Origin: the human T2T-CHM13v2.0 reference genome, Homo sapiens
Reading direction: 5' to 3' (one strand)
NCBI RefSeq assembly: GCF_009914755.1
Contig: NC_060940.1
Length of the DNA stretch: 64,000 bases
How positions within the stretch are numbered: position 1 is the stretch's first letter; every line of letters starts with the position of its first letter. Position numbers and translations under genes: made by a program. The notes below the pieces were generated by a model. The model was not told the DNA's origin. It made no database searches and worked only from the letters and a program-made list of their open reading frames with translations. Shown here in pieces: positions 1-15,200 of this stretch.

Positions 1-1880
1 ATGATTCCATTTGATTCCATTCGGTGATTCCATTCTATTCTATTCAATGGTGATTCCATTCGAGTACATTAGATGATTCCATTCGATTCCATTCAATGAT
101 GATTCTATTTGTGTCCCTTAGATGATTCCACATGATTCCATTAGATGATGATACTATTTGAGCCCATCCAATGATTCCCTTCGATTCCATTCGATGAGGA
201 TTCCATTCGATTCAATTCATTGGTGATTCTATTCAATTCAATTCTTTGATTCCATTCCATTCCATTCGACAATGATTCCATTCGATTTCTTTCGATGATT
301 CCACTCGATTCCACTTGACATTGATTCCATTCGATTCCATTCAATGATTCCATTTGATTCCAGTGGATGATGATTGCCATCGATTCCATTCGATCACTCC
401 ATTCTATTCCATTTGATGATGATTACATTCGATTCCATTTGATGATTCCATCTGATTCTATTCGAGGATTCCATTTGATTCCATTCGATGATGATTCCAT
501 TCGAGTCCATTAGATGATTTCATTCGAGTACATCCAATGATTCCATTCGAGTCCATTAGATGATTCCATTTGATTCCATTTGAAAATGATTCTACTAGAG
601 TCCATTCAATGACTCCATTCGAGTCCATTCAACAATTCCATTCGACTCCATTCGATGATTCCATTCGATTCCATTTGATGGTTCCATTCGAGTCCATTTA
701 ATCATTACAGTCGAGTCCATTTGGTGATTCCACTGGATTTCTTTTGATAATGATACCATTCAATTACATTTGATGATGATCCCATTCAATTTCATTTGAT
801 GATGATTCCATTAGAGTCCATTCGATGATTTCATTCGAGTCCCTTCATTGATTCCATCCAATTTCATTGGATGATGACTCCATTCGAGTCCATTCGATGA
901 TTCCACTCGATTCCATTAGATGACTCCATTGGAGTCCATTTGATTGTTCCATTCGATTCCATTCGATTCCTTTCGAAGATTATTCCATTTGAGTCCATTC
1001 GATGATGATTCCATTCCATTCCATTCGATGATTCCGTTTGATTCCATTCGATGATTCCCTTCGATTCCTTTCTTTGATGATTCCATTCCATTCCATTCAA
1101 TGATTCCATTCGAATCTATTCCATGATGATTCCTTTCGATTCCATTCGCTGATGTTTCCGTTCAATTCCATTCGATGATGATTCCATTCGATTCCATTCA
1201 TTGAGGATTCCATTTGATTCCATTCAATGATGATTCCATTCTATTCCATTCAATGATTGCATTCAATTCCATTCAATGATTATCCCATTAGAGTAAACTC
1301 AACGATTCCATTCAATACCATTCGATGATGATTCCTTTTGAGTCCATTCAATGATTTCATTCAAGTCCATTTGATGATTCCTTTCAATTCCATTCTATGA
1401 TGATTCCATTCGAGTCCATTCGATGATTCCATTCGATTGCATTCGATGATTCCATTATATTCCATTCAACGGTGATTCCATTCGAGTACATTCCATGATT
1501 CCATTAGAGTACATTTAATGATTGCTTTGTTTTCAATTCGAAGATGATTACATTGGATTCCATTCTATGATACCATTCGATTCCATTCAATGATGATTCC
1601 ACTCAAATCCATTGGATGATTCCATTCGTGTCCATTCGGTGATTTCATTAGATTCCATTCGAGGATGATTCCATTCGATTCCATTCGATGATTCCATTCA
1701 ATTCCATTCGATGATGATTCCATTCCAGTCCATATGATAATTCCATTTGATTTCATTCGATGATGATTCCATTCGATTCCATTCGACGATTCCATTCTAT
1801 TCCATTCGATGATGATTCCATTCGAGTCCATTCGATGATTCCATTCGAGTCCATTTAATGATTCCATTGGGTTCAATTCA

Positions 1881-2661
1881 ATGATGATTACATTGGATTC
1901 CGTTCTATGATTCCATTCAATTCCGTTCATTGACAATTTGATTCCATTCGATGATGATTCCATTTGAGTTCATTCGATGATTCTATTCGATTCTCTTCGA
2001 TGTTGATTCAATTCTATTATATTGGATGATTCCATTCGATTCCATTTGATGTTGATTCAATTCGATTCTATTCGATGATGATTCCATTGGATTTCACTTG
2101 ATGATTCTATTCGATTCCATTCAATGATGATTCACTTCTCGTCCATTGGATGATTCCATTTCATTCCATTCGATGATGATTCCATTCGATTCCATTCGAT
2201 GATTCCATTTGATTCCATGCGACGGTGAGCAATTCGATTCAATTCCATGATGATTCTATTTGATTCAATTAGATGATGTTTCCATTCGAATCCATTCCAT
2301 GATTATTCCATTGGAATCCATTCGGCGATGATTCCATATGAGTCAATTCAATGATGATTCCATATGGGTCCGTTCGATGATAATTCCATTTGATTTCATT
2401 CGATGCTTCTATTCTATTCCAGTCGATGATGATTCCGTTGGAGTCCATACGATGATTCCATTTGATTTCATTTGATGATGATTCCATTCGATGATGATTA
2501 CATTGGATTCCATTCTATGATTCCATTCAATTCCATTCGTTGATGATTCGATTCCATTCAATGATGATTCCATTTGAGTTCATTCGATGATTCTATTCGA
2601 TTCCGTTCGATGGTGATTCAATTCTATTATATTGGATGATTCCACTCGATTCCATTTGATG
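1881..2661 (+). repeat. Internal ~170-bp diverged direct duplication within the unit (1881-2051 vs 2491-2661, offset 610)
   Basis: Both segments begin atgatgattacattggattcc and share the non-consensus strings ccatttgagttcattcgatgattctattcg and attctattatattggatgattcca (2011 and 2621). Confidence 0.85.
2261..2271 (-). promoter_or_regulatory. Match to DUX4 double-homeodomain consensus TAAYBBAATCA (example; recurs per unit)
   Basis: + strand TGATTCAATTA reads TAATTGAATCA on -; TGATTCCATTA (e.g. 133-143) also fits. DUX4 binding to and activation of HSATII is established; occupancy at this site is not shown. Confidence 0.35.
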
Positions 2662-5600
2662 ATTATTCCATTGGAGTCCACTTAGTGAATCCTTTAGATT
2701 CTACTCGACGATGATTCCATTCGAGTCCATTCGATGATACCATTCAATTCCATTCGTTGATGCTTCCATTCAAGTGCATTCGATGATATCATTCGATTCC
2801 ATTTGATGATAATTCCATTTGATTCCATGCGATGATTCTATTCGATTCCATTCAATGATATTTCCATTCAATTCAGTGATTCCTCTGGACTCCATTTGAT
2901 GATGATTCCATTCAATGATTCCATTCGATTCTATTCGAAAATGATTCCATTTGAATCCATTTGATGATGATTCCATTAGATTCCATTTGATGATTCCATT
3001 CGATTCCATTCGACGATGATTCCATTCGATTCCGTTTGATGATTCCATTCTATTCTATTCGATGATGATTCCATTCGATTCCATTCGATGATGATTGGAT
3101 TCGATTCCATTTGATGATTTCATTTGATTCCATTCGTTAATGATTTCGATCAATTCCATTCGATGATTCCATTCGATTCCATTCGATAATGATTACATCC
3201 GGGTCCATTCGATGATTCCCTTTGAGCCTGTTCGATAATTCCATTTGAGTCCAACCAATGATTCCATTCATTTCCATTCAATGATTCCATTCGAGTCCAT
3301 TTGATCATTCCGGTAGGGTCCATTCGATGTTGATTCCATTGGAGTGCATTCGATGATTCCATTCGAGTCCATTTTAGGATTTGATTCGAGTCCTTTCGAT
3401 GATTCCATTCGATTCCACTCGATGATGATTTCATTCGAGTCCATTCGACACTTCCAATCGATTCCATTTGATGATTCCATTCGAGTCCAATTGATGATTC
3501 CATTCAATTCCATTCGATGATGATTCCGTACGATTCCATTCTGTGATGATTCCATGTGATTGCATTCAATGATGATTCCTTTCGATTGCATTCGATTATG
3601 ATTCATTTCGTGTTCATTCTATGGTTCCACAGGTTTCCATTCGTGTCCATTCCATTATTCCATTCTATTCCATTTGATGATGATTCCATTCGATTCCATT
3701 CATTGGTGATTCCACTCAATTCCATTCAATGATTCCATTCCATTTCTTTCAACAATGATTCCATTAGTTTCTAATCGATGATCCACTTGATTCCATTTGA
3801 CGACGATTCCATTCTTGTCCATTCGATGATTCCATTTGATTCCATATGATGATGATTCCATTCGATTCCATACCATGATGATTCCATTCGAGTCCATTCA
3901 ATGGTGATTCCATTCAATTCCATTCGATGATTCCTTTTGATTCCATTCGATGATGATGGCATTCGATTCCTTTCAATCATTCCCTTTGATTCCATTCAAA
4001 GGTGATTTCATTCAAGTCCATTCGATAATTGCATTCGATTCCATTCTATGATGATTCCATTCGAGTCCATTTGATGATTCCATTCAATTCAAGTCAATGA
4101 TGATTCCATTCGATTCCATTCGATGATTCCATTGGATTCCATTCGATGATGATTCCATTCAAATCCATTCGATAATTCAATTCAAGTCCATTCGATGATG
4201 ATTCCAATCGAATCCATTCAAAGATTCCATTCAGTTCCATTCGATGATTCCCTTAGATTCCATTAGATGATCCAACTTGATTGCATTTACGATGATTCCA
4301 TTCGATTCCATGTGATGATTCCATTCAATTCTATTCAATGATGTCTCCATTTGATTCCATTCGACCATGATTGCCTTTGATTCCATTCAATGATTCCATT
4401 CGGTTCCGTTTGATGATGATTCCGTTCGATTCCATTTGATGATTCCATTTGATTCCATTGGATGAGTCCATTCGATTACATTCGATGATTATTCCATTCG
4501 AGTGCATTAGATGATTCCATTCGAGTCCATTCGATGATTCCATTCGATTCCATTCGATGTTGATTCTGTTCAAATCCATTCGATGATTCCACTCGATTCC
4601 ATTCGTTGACTCCATTTGATCCCATTCGATGATTTCCTTTGATTCCCTTTGATGATCATTCCATTTGATTCAATTCGGTGATTTCATTGGATTCCATTCA
4701 GTGATGTTTCCATTCGACTCCATTCGATGATGATTCCATTCGACTCCATTCGATTATGATTTCATTCAATTCCATTCGATAATGATTCCCTTCGAGTCCA
4801 TTCGATGATTCCATTCGATTCCATTCAACGATGATTTGATTCGTGTCCATTCGATGATTCCATTTGATTCCACTTGATGATGATTCCATTCGAGTCCATT
4901 TGATGATTCCATTCAATTCCATACTCCGATGATTTCTTTTGAGCCCACTCAATGCTTCCACTCGATTCCATATGATGATGACTCCATTCCATGAAATTCG
5001 ATGATGATTCCATTCGCTTGCTTTCGATGATGATTCCACTTGAGTCCGTTAGAAGATTCTATTCAATTACATTCCAGGACGATTCCGTTCGAGTCCATTT
5101 GATGATTCCATTAGACTCCATTCGACGATGATTCCATTCGATGTTATTCGATGATTCCATTCGATCTCATTCGATGATGATTCCATTCAACTCCATTCGA
5201 TGTTTCCATTCGAGTTCATTCTATTATTCCATTAGATTCCATTCGATGATGATTCCATTCGATTCCATTTGATGATTGCATTCTATTTCATTTGATGATG
5301 ATTCCATTCGAGTCCACTCGATGATTCCATTCGAGTCCATTTAATGAATCCATTGGTTTCAATTCTATGATGATTACATTGGATTCCATTCGTTGATGAT
5401 TTCATTCGGTTCCATTCAATGATGATTCCATTCAATTCCTTTCAATGTTTCCATTCAATTCCATACGATGATGATTCCATTTGATTTGATTCGACAGTGA
5501 GCCATTCGATTCAATTCCATGATGATTCTATTTGATTCAATTGGTTGACATTTCCATTCGATTCCATTCGATGATGATTCCCTTTGATTCCGTTCAAAGA

Positions 5601-6112
5601 TGATTCCATTCTAGCCCATTCAATCATTCCATTCGATTCTATTCAATGATGATTCCATTCATGTCGATTTGGTGATTCCATTTGACTTCATTTGATGATG
5701 ATTCCTTTCAAGTTCATTAGATGATTCCATTCGATTCCATTTGATGATGATCCCATTCGAGTCCATTCAGTGATTCCATTCGTTTCTATTCCATGATGAT
5801 TCCATTCCTTTCCATTCAATGATTGCATTCGATTCCGTTTGATGATGATTTCATTCGAGTCCATTTGATGATTCCATTTGATTCCATTCGATGATGATTC
5901 CATTCGAGTCCATTCGATGATTCTATTCGAATCCATTTGATGATTTCTTTTGATTATATTTGGTGATGATTCCATTGGAGTCCATTCAATGATTCCATTC
6001 TATTCCAATCGATGATGATTCCATTAGAGTCCATTTAATGATTCCATTTGATTCCAGTCTCTGATGATTACATTCGAGTCCATACGATGATTCCACTCAA
6101 TTCCATATGATG

Positions 6113-9100
6113 ATGATTCCATTTGATTCCATTCGGTGATTCCATTCTATTCTATTCAATGGTGATTCCATTCGAGTACATTAGATGATTCCATTCGATT
6201 CCATTCAATGATGATTCTATTTGTGTCCCTTAGATGATTCCACATGATTCCATTAGATGATGATACTATTTGAGCCCATCCAATGATTCCCTTCGATTCC
6301 ATTCGATGAGGATTCCATTCGATTCATTTCATTGGTGATTCTATTCAATTCAATTCTTTGATTCCATTCCATTCCATTCGACAATGATTCCATTCGATTT
6401 CTTTCGATGATTCCACTCGATTCCACTTGACATTGATTCCATTCGATTCCATTCAATGATTCCATTTGATTCCAGTGGATGATGATTGCCATCGATTCCA
6501 TTCGATCACTCCATTCTATTCCATTTGATGATGATTACATTCGATTCCATTTGATGATTCCATCTGATTCTATTCGAGGATTCCATTTGATTCCATTCGA
6601 TGATGATTCCATTCGAGTCCATTCGATGATTTCATTCGAGTACATCCAATGATTCCATTCGAGTCCATTAGATGATTCCATTTGATTCCATTTGAAAATG
6701 ATTCTACTAGAGTCCATTCAATGACTCCATTCGAGTCCATTCAACAATTCCATTCGACTCCATTCGATGATTCCATTCGATTCCATTTGATGGTTCCATT
6801 CGAGTCCATTTAATCATTACAGTCGAGTCCATTTGGTGATTCCACTGGATTTCTTTTGATAATGATACCATTCAATTACATTTGATGATGATCCCATTCA
6901 ATTTCATTTGATGATGATTCCATTAGAGTCCATTCGATGATTTCATTCGAGTCCCTTCATTGATTCCATCCGATTTCATTGGATGATGACTCCATTCGAG
7001 TCCATTCGATGATTCCACTCGATTCCATTAGATGACTCCATTGGAGTCCATTTGATTGTTCCATTCGATTCCATTCGATTCCTTTCGAAGATTATTCCAT
7101 TTGAGTCCATTCGATGATGATTCCATTCCATTCCATTCGATGATTCCGTTTGATTCCATTCGATGATTCCCTTCGATTCCTTTCTTTGATGATTCCATTC
7201 CATTCCATTCAATGATTCCATTCGAATCTATTCCATGATGATTCCTTTCGATTCCATTCGCTGATGTTTCCGTTCAATTCCATTCGATGATGATTCCATT
7301 CGATTCCATTCATTGAGGATTCCATTTGATTCCATTCAATGATGATTCCATTCTATTCCATTCAATGATTGCATTCAATTCCATTCAATGATTATCCCAT
7401 TAGAGTAAACTCAACGATTCCATTCAATACCATTCGATGATGATTCCTTTTGAGTCCATTCAATGATTTCATTCAAGTCCATTTGATGATTCCTTTCAAT
7501 TCCATTCTATGATGATTCCATTCGAGTCCATTCGATGATTCCATTCGATTGCATTCGATGATTCCATTATATTCCATTCAACGGTGATTCCATTCGAGTC
7601 CATTCCATGATTCCATTAGAGTACATTTAATGATTGCTTTGTTTTCAATTCGAAGATGATTACATTGGATTCCATTCTATGATACCATTCGATTCCATTC
7701 AATGATGATTCCACTCAAATCCATTGGATGATTCCATTCGTGTCCATTCGGTGATTTCATTAGATTCCATTCGAGGATGATTCCATTCGATTCCATTCGA
7801 TGATTCCATTCAATTCCATTCGATGATGATTCCATTCCATTCCATATGATCATTCCATTTGATTTCATTCGATGATGATTCCATTCGATTCCATTCGACG
7901 ATTCCATTCTATTCCATTCGATGATGATTCCATTCGAGTCCATTCGATGATTCCATTCGAGTCCATTTAATGATTCCATTGGGTTCAATTCAATGATGAT
8001 TACATTGGATTCCGTTCTATGATTCCATTCAATTCCGTTCATTGACAATTTGATTCCATTCGATGATGATTCCATTTGAGTTCATTCGATGATTCTATTC
8101 GATTCTCTTCGATGGTGATTCAATTCTATTATATTGGATGATTCCATTCGATTCCATTTGATGTTGATTCAATTCGATTCTATTCGATGATGATTCCATT
8201 GGATTTCACTTGATGATTCTATTCGATTCCATTCAATGATGATTCACTTCTCGTCCATTGGATGATTCCATTTCATTCCATTCGATGATGATTCCATTCG
8301 ATTCCATTCGATGATTCCATTTCATTCCATGCGACGGTGAGCAATTCGATTCAATTCCATGATGATTCTATTTGATTCAATTAGATGATGTTTCCATTCG
8401 AATCCATTCCATGATTATTCCATTGGAATCCATTCGGCGATGATTCCATATGAGTCAATTCAATGATGATTCCATATGGGTCCGTTCGATGATAATTCCA
8501 TTTGATTTCATTCGATGCTTCTATTCTATTCCAGTCGATGATGATTCCGTTGGAGTCCATACGATGATTCCATTTGATTTCATTTGATGATGATTCCATT
8601 CGATGATGATTACATTGGATTCCATTCTATGATTCCATTCAATTCCATTCGTTGATGATTCGATTCCATTCAATGATGATTCCATTTGAGTTCATTCGAT
8701 GATTCTATTCGATTCCGTTCGATGGTGATTCAATTCCATTATATTGGATGATTCCACTCGATTCCATTTGATGATTATTCCATTGGAGTCCACTTAGTGA
8801 ATCCTTTAGATTCTACTCGACGATGATTCCATTCGAGTCCATTCGATGATACCATTCAATTCCATTCGTTGATGCTTCCATTCAAGTGCATTCGATGATA
8901 TCATTCGATTCCATTTGATGATAATTCCATTTGATTCCATGCGATGATTCTATTCGATTCCATTCAATGATAATTCCATTCAATTCAGTGATTCCTCTGG
9001 ACTCCATTTGATGATGATTCCATTCAATGATTCCATTCGATTCTATTCGAAAATGATTCCATTTGAATCCATTTGATGATGATTCCATTAGATTCCATTT

Positions 9101-12100
9101 GATGATTCCATTCGATTCCATTCGACGATGATTCCATTCGATTCCGTTTGATGATTCCATTCTATTCTATTCGATGATGATTCCATTCGATTCCATTCGA
9201 TGATGATTGGATTCGATTCCATTTGATGATTTCATTTGATTCCATTCGTTAATGATTTCGATCAATTCCATTCGATGATTCCATTCGATTCCATTCGATA
9301 ATGATTACATCCGAGTCCATTCGATGATTCCCTTTGAGCCTGTTCGATAATTCCATTTGAGTCCAACCAATGATTCCATTCATTTCCATTCAATGATTCC
9401 ATTCGAGTCCATTTGATCATTCCGGTAGGGTCCATTCGATGTTGATTCCATTGGAGTGCATTCGATGATTCCATTCGAGTCCATTTTAGGATTTGATTCG
9501 AGTCCTTTCGATGATTCCATTCGATTCCACTCGATGATGATTTCATTCGAGTCCATTCGACACTTCCAATCGATTCCATTTGATGATTCCATTCGAGTCC
9601 AATTGATGATTCCATTCAATTCCATTCGATGATGATTCCGTACGATTCCATTCTGTGATGATTCCATGTGATTGCATTCAATGATGATTCCTTTCGATTG
9701 CATTCGATTATGATTCATTTCGTGTTCATTCTATGGTTCCACAGGTTTCCATTCGTGTCCATTCCATTATTCCATTCTATTCCATTTGATGATGATTCCA
9801 TTCGATTCCATTCATTGGTGATTCCACTCAATTCCATTCAATGATTCCATTCCATTTCTTTCAACAATGATTCCATTAGTTTCTAATCGATGATCCACTT
9901 GATTCCATTTGACGACGATTCCATTCTTGTCCATTCGATGATTCCATTTGATTCCATATGATGATGATTCCATTCGATTCCATACCATGATGATTCCATT
10001 CGAGTCCATTCAATGGTGATTCCATTCAATTCCATTCGATGATTCCTTTTGATTCCATTCGATGATGATGGCATTCGATTCCTTTCAATCATTCCCTTTG
10101 ATTCCATTCAAAGGTGATTTCATTCAAGTCCATTCGATAATTGCATTCGATTCCATTCTATGATGATTCCATTCGAGTCCATTTGATGATTCCATTCAAT
10201 TCAAGTCAATGATGATTCCATTCGATTCCATTCGATGATTCCATTGGATTCCATTCGATGATGATTCCATTCAAATCCATTCGATAATTCAATTCAAGTC
10301 CATTCGATGATGATTCCAATCGAATCCATTCAAAGATTCCATTCAGTTCCATTCGATGATTCCCTTAGATTCCATTCGATGATTCCACTTGATTGCATTT
10401 ACGATGATTCCATTCGATTCCATGTGATGATTCCATTCAATTCTATTCAATGATGTCTCCATTTGATTCCATTCGACCATGATTGCCTTTGATTCCATTC
10501 AATGATTCCATTCGGTTCCGTTTGATGATGATTCCGTTCGATTCCATTTGATGATTCCATTGGATTCCATTGGATGAGTCCATTCGATTACATTCGATGA
10601 TTATTCCATTCGAGTGCATTAGATGATTCCATTCGAGTCCATTCGATGATTCCATTCGATTCCATTCGATGTTGATTCTGTTCAAATCCATTCGATGATT
10701 CCACTCGATTCCATTCGTTGACTCCATTTGATCCCATTCGATGATTTCCTTTGATTCCCTTTGATGATCATTCCATTTGATTCAATTCGGTGATTTCATT
10801 TGATTCCATTCAGTGATGTTTCCATTCGACTCCATTCGATGATGATTCCATTCGACTCCATTCGATTATGATTTCATTCAATTCCATTCGATAATGATTC
10901 CCTTCGAGTCCATTCGATGATTCCATTCGATTCCATTCAACGATGATTTGATTCGTGTCCATTCGATGATTCCATTTGATTCCACTTGATGATGATTCCA
11001 TTCGAGTCCATTTGATGATTCCATTCAATTCCATACTCCGATGATTTCTTTTGAGCCCACTCAATGCTTCCACTCGATTCCATATGATGATGACTCCATT
11101 CGATGAAATTCGATGATGATTCCATTCGCTTGCTTTCGATGATGATTCCACTTGAGTCCGTTAGAAGATTCTATTCAATTACATTCCATGACGATTCCGT
11201 TCGAGTCCATTTGATGATTCCATTAGACTCCATTCGACGATGATTCCATTCGATGTTATTCCATGATTCCATTCGATCTCATTCGATGATGATTCCATTC
11301 AACTCCATTCGATGTTTCCATTCGAGTTCATTCTATTATTCCATTAGATTCCATTCGATGATGATTCCATTCGATTCCATTTGATGATTGCATTCTATTT
11401 CATTTGATGATGATTCCATTCGAGTCCACTCGATGATTCCATTCGAGTCCATTTAATGAATCCATTGGTTTCAATTCTATGATGATTACATTGGATTCCA
11501 TTCGTTGATGATTTCATTCGGTTCCATTCAATGATGATTCCATTCAATTCCTTACAATGTTTCCATTCAATTCCATACGATGATGATTCCATTTGATTTG
11601 ATTCGACAGTGAGCCATTCGATTCAATTCCATGATGATTCTATTTGATTCAATTGGTTGACATTTCCATTCGATTCCATTCGATGATGATTCCCTTTGAT
11701 TCCGTTCCAAGATGATTCCATTCTAGCCCATTCAATCATTCCATTCGATTCTATTCAATGATGATTCCATTCATGTCGATTTGGTGATTCCATTTGACTT
11801 CATTTGATGATGATTCCTTTCAAGTTCATTAGATGATTCCATTCGATTCCATTTGATGATGATCCCATTCGAGTCCATTCAGTGATTCCATTCGTTTCCA
11901 TTCCATGATGATTCCATTCCTTTCCATTCAATGATTCCATTCGATTCCGTTTGATGATGATTTCATTCGAGTCCATTTGATGATTCCATTTGATTCCATT
12001 CGATGATGATTCCATTCGAGTCCATTCGATGATTCTATTCGAATCCATTTGATGATTTCTTTTGATTATATTTGGTGATGATTCCATTGGAGTCCATTCA

Positions 12101-12224
12101 ATGATTCCATTCTATTCCAATCGATGATGATTCCATTAGAGTCCATTTAATGATTCCATTTGATTCCAGTCTCTGATGATTACATTCGAGTCCATACGAT
12201 GATTCCACTCAATTCCATATGATG
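6113..12224 (+). repeat. HSat2 unit U2 (6112 bp)
   Basis: Landmarks at constant offset 6112 from U1 (864->6976, 1565->7677, 4698->10810); substitutions only. Confidence 0.95.
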
Positions 12225-15200
12225 ATGATTCCATTTGATTCCATTCGGTGATTCCATTCTATTCTATTCAATGGTGATTCCATTCGAGTACATTAGATGA
12301 TTCCATTCGATTCCATTCAATGATGATTCTATTTGTGTCCCTTAGATGATTCCACATGATTCCATTAGATGATGATACTATTTGAGCCCATCCAATGATT
12401 CCCTTCGATTCCATTCGATGAGGATTCCATTCGATTCAATTCATTGGTGATTCTATTCAATTCAATTCTTTGATTCCATTCCATTCCATTCGACAATGAT
12501 TCCATTCGATTTCTTTCGATGATTCCACTCGATTCCACTTGACATTGATTCCATTCGATTCCATTCAATGATTCCATTTGATTCCAGTGGATGATGATTG
12601 CCATCGATTCCATTCGATCACTCCATTCTATTCCATTTGATGATGATTACATTCGATTCCATTTGATGATTCCATCTGATTCTATTCGAGGATTCCATTT
12701 GATTCCATTCGATGATGATTCCATTCGAGTCCATTCGATGATTTCATTCGAGTACATCCAATGATTCCATTCGAGTCCATTAGATGATTCCATTTGATTC
12801 CATTTGAAAATGAATCTACTAGAGTCCATTCAATGACTCCATTCGAGTCCATTCAACAATTCCATTCGAGTCCATTCGATGATTCCATTCGATTCCATTT
12901 GATGGTTCCATTCGAGTCCATTTAATCATTACAGTCGAGTCCATTTGGTGATTCCACTGGATTTCTTTTGATAATGATACCATTCAATTACATTTGATGA
13001 TGATCCCATTCAATTTCATTTGATGATGATTCCATTAGAGTCCATTCGATGATTTCATTCGAGTCCCTTCATTGATTCCATCCGATTTCATTGGATGATG
13101 ACTCCATTCGAGTCCATTCGATGATTCCACTCGATTCCATTAGATGACTCCATTGGAGTCCATTTGATTGTTCCATTCGATTCCATTCGATTCCTTTCGA
13201 AGATTATTCCATTTGAGTCCATTCGATGATGATTCCATTCCATTCCATTCGATGATTCCGTTTGATTCCATTCGATGATTCCCTTCGATTCCTTTCTTTG
13301 ATGATTCCATTCCATTCCATTCAATGATTCCATTCGAATCTATTCCATGATGATTCCTTTCGATTCCATTCGCTGATGTTTCCGTTCAATTCCATTCGAT
13401 GATGATTCCATTCGATTCCATTCATTGAGGATTCCATTTGATTCCATTCAATGATGATTCCATTCTATTCCATTCAATGATTGCATTCAATTCCATTCAA
13501 TGATTATCCCCTTAGAGTAAACTCAACGATTCCATTCAATACCATTCGATGATGATTCCTTTTGAGTCCATTCAATGATTTCATTCAAGTCCATTTGATG
13601 ATTCCTTTCAATTCCATTCTATGATGATTCCATTCGAGTCCATTCGATGATTCCATTCGATTGCATTCGATGATTCCATTATATTCCATTCAACGGTGAT
13701 TCCATTCGAGTCCATTCCATGATTCCATTAGAGTACATTTAATGATTGCTTTGTTTTCAATTCGAAGATGATTACATTGGATTCCATTCTATGATACCAT
13801 TCGATTCCATTCAATGATGATTCCACTCAAATCCATTGGATGATTCCATTCGTGTCCATTCGGTGATTTCATTAGATTCCATTCGAGGATGATTCCATTC
13901 GATTCCATTCGATGATTCCATTCAATTCCATTCGATGATGATTCCATTCCAGTCCATATGATCATTCCATTTGATTTCATTCGATGATGATTCCATTCGA
14001 TTCCATTCGACGATTCCATTCTATTCCATTCGATGATGATTCCATTCGAGTCCATTCGATGATTCCATTCGAGTCCATTTAATGATTCCATTGGGTTCAA
14101 TTCAATGATGATTACATTGGATTCCGTTCTATGATTCCATTCAATTCCGTTCATTGACAATTTGATTCCATTCGATGATGATTCCATTTGAGTTCATTCG
14201 ATGATTCTATTCGATTCTCTTCGATGGTGATTCAATTCTATTATATTGGATGATTCCATTCGATTCCATTTGATGTTGATTCAATTCGATTCTATTCGAT
14301 GATGATTCCATTGGATTTCACTTGATGATTCTATTCGATTCCATTCAATGATGATTCACTTCTCGTCCATTGGATGATTCCATTTCATTCCATTCGATGA
14401 TGATTCCATTCGATTCCATTCGATGATTCCATTTGATTCCATGCGACGGTGAGCAATTCGATTCAATTCCATGATGATTCTATTTGATTCAATTAGATGA
14501 TGTTTCCATTCGAATCCATTCCATGATTATTCCATTGGAATCCATTCGGCGATGATTCCATATGAGTCAATTCAATGATGATTCCATATGGGTCCGTTCG
14601 ATGATAATTCCATTTGATTTCATTCGATGCTTCTATTCTATTCCAGTCGATGATGATTCCGTTGGAGTCCATACGATGATTCCATTTGATTTCATTTGAT
14701 GATGATTCCATTCGATGATGATTACATTGGATTCCATTCTATGATTCCATTCAATTCCATTCGTTGATGATTCGATTCCATTCAATGATGATTCCATTTG
14801 AGTTCATTCGATGATTCTATTCGATTCCGTTCGATGGTGATTCAATTCTATTATATTGGATGATTCCACTCGATTCCATTTGATGATTATTCCATTGGAG
14901 TCCACTTAGTTCATCCTTTAGATTCTACTCGACGATGATTCCATTCGAGTCCATTCGATGATACCATTCAATTCCATTCGTTGATGCTTCCATTCAAGTG
15001 CATTCGATGATATCATTCGATTCCATTTGATGATAATTCCATTTGATTCCATGCGATGATTCTATTCGATTCCATTCAATGATAATTCCATTCAATTCAG
15101 TGATTCCTCTGGACTCCATTTGATGATGATTCCATTCAATGATTCCATTCGATTCTATTCGAAAATGATTCCATTTGAATCCATTTGATGATGATTCCAT

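Larger units (their letters stand above)
1..6112 (+). repeat. HSat2 6.1-kb unit U1 (6112 bp; reference phase, arbitrary start)
   Basis: Sequence at 1 (atgattccatttgattccattcggtgattccattctattctattcaatgg) recurs at 6113; ORF-track landmarks recur at +6112. Confidence 0.95.
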
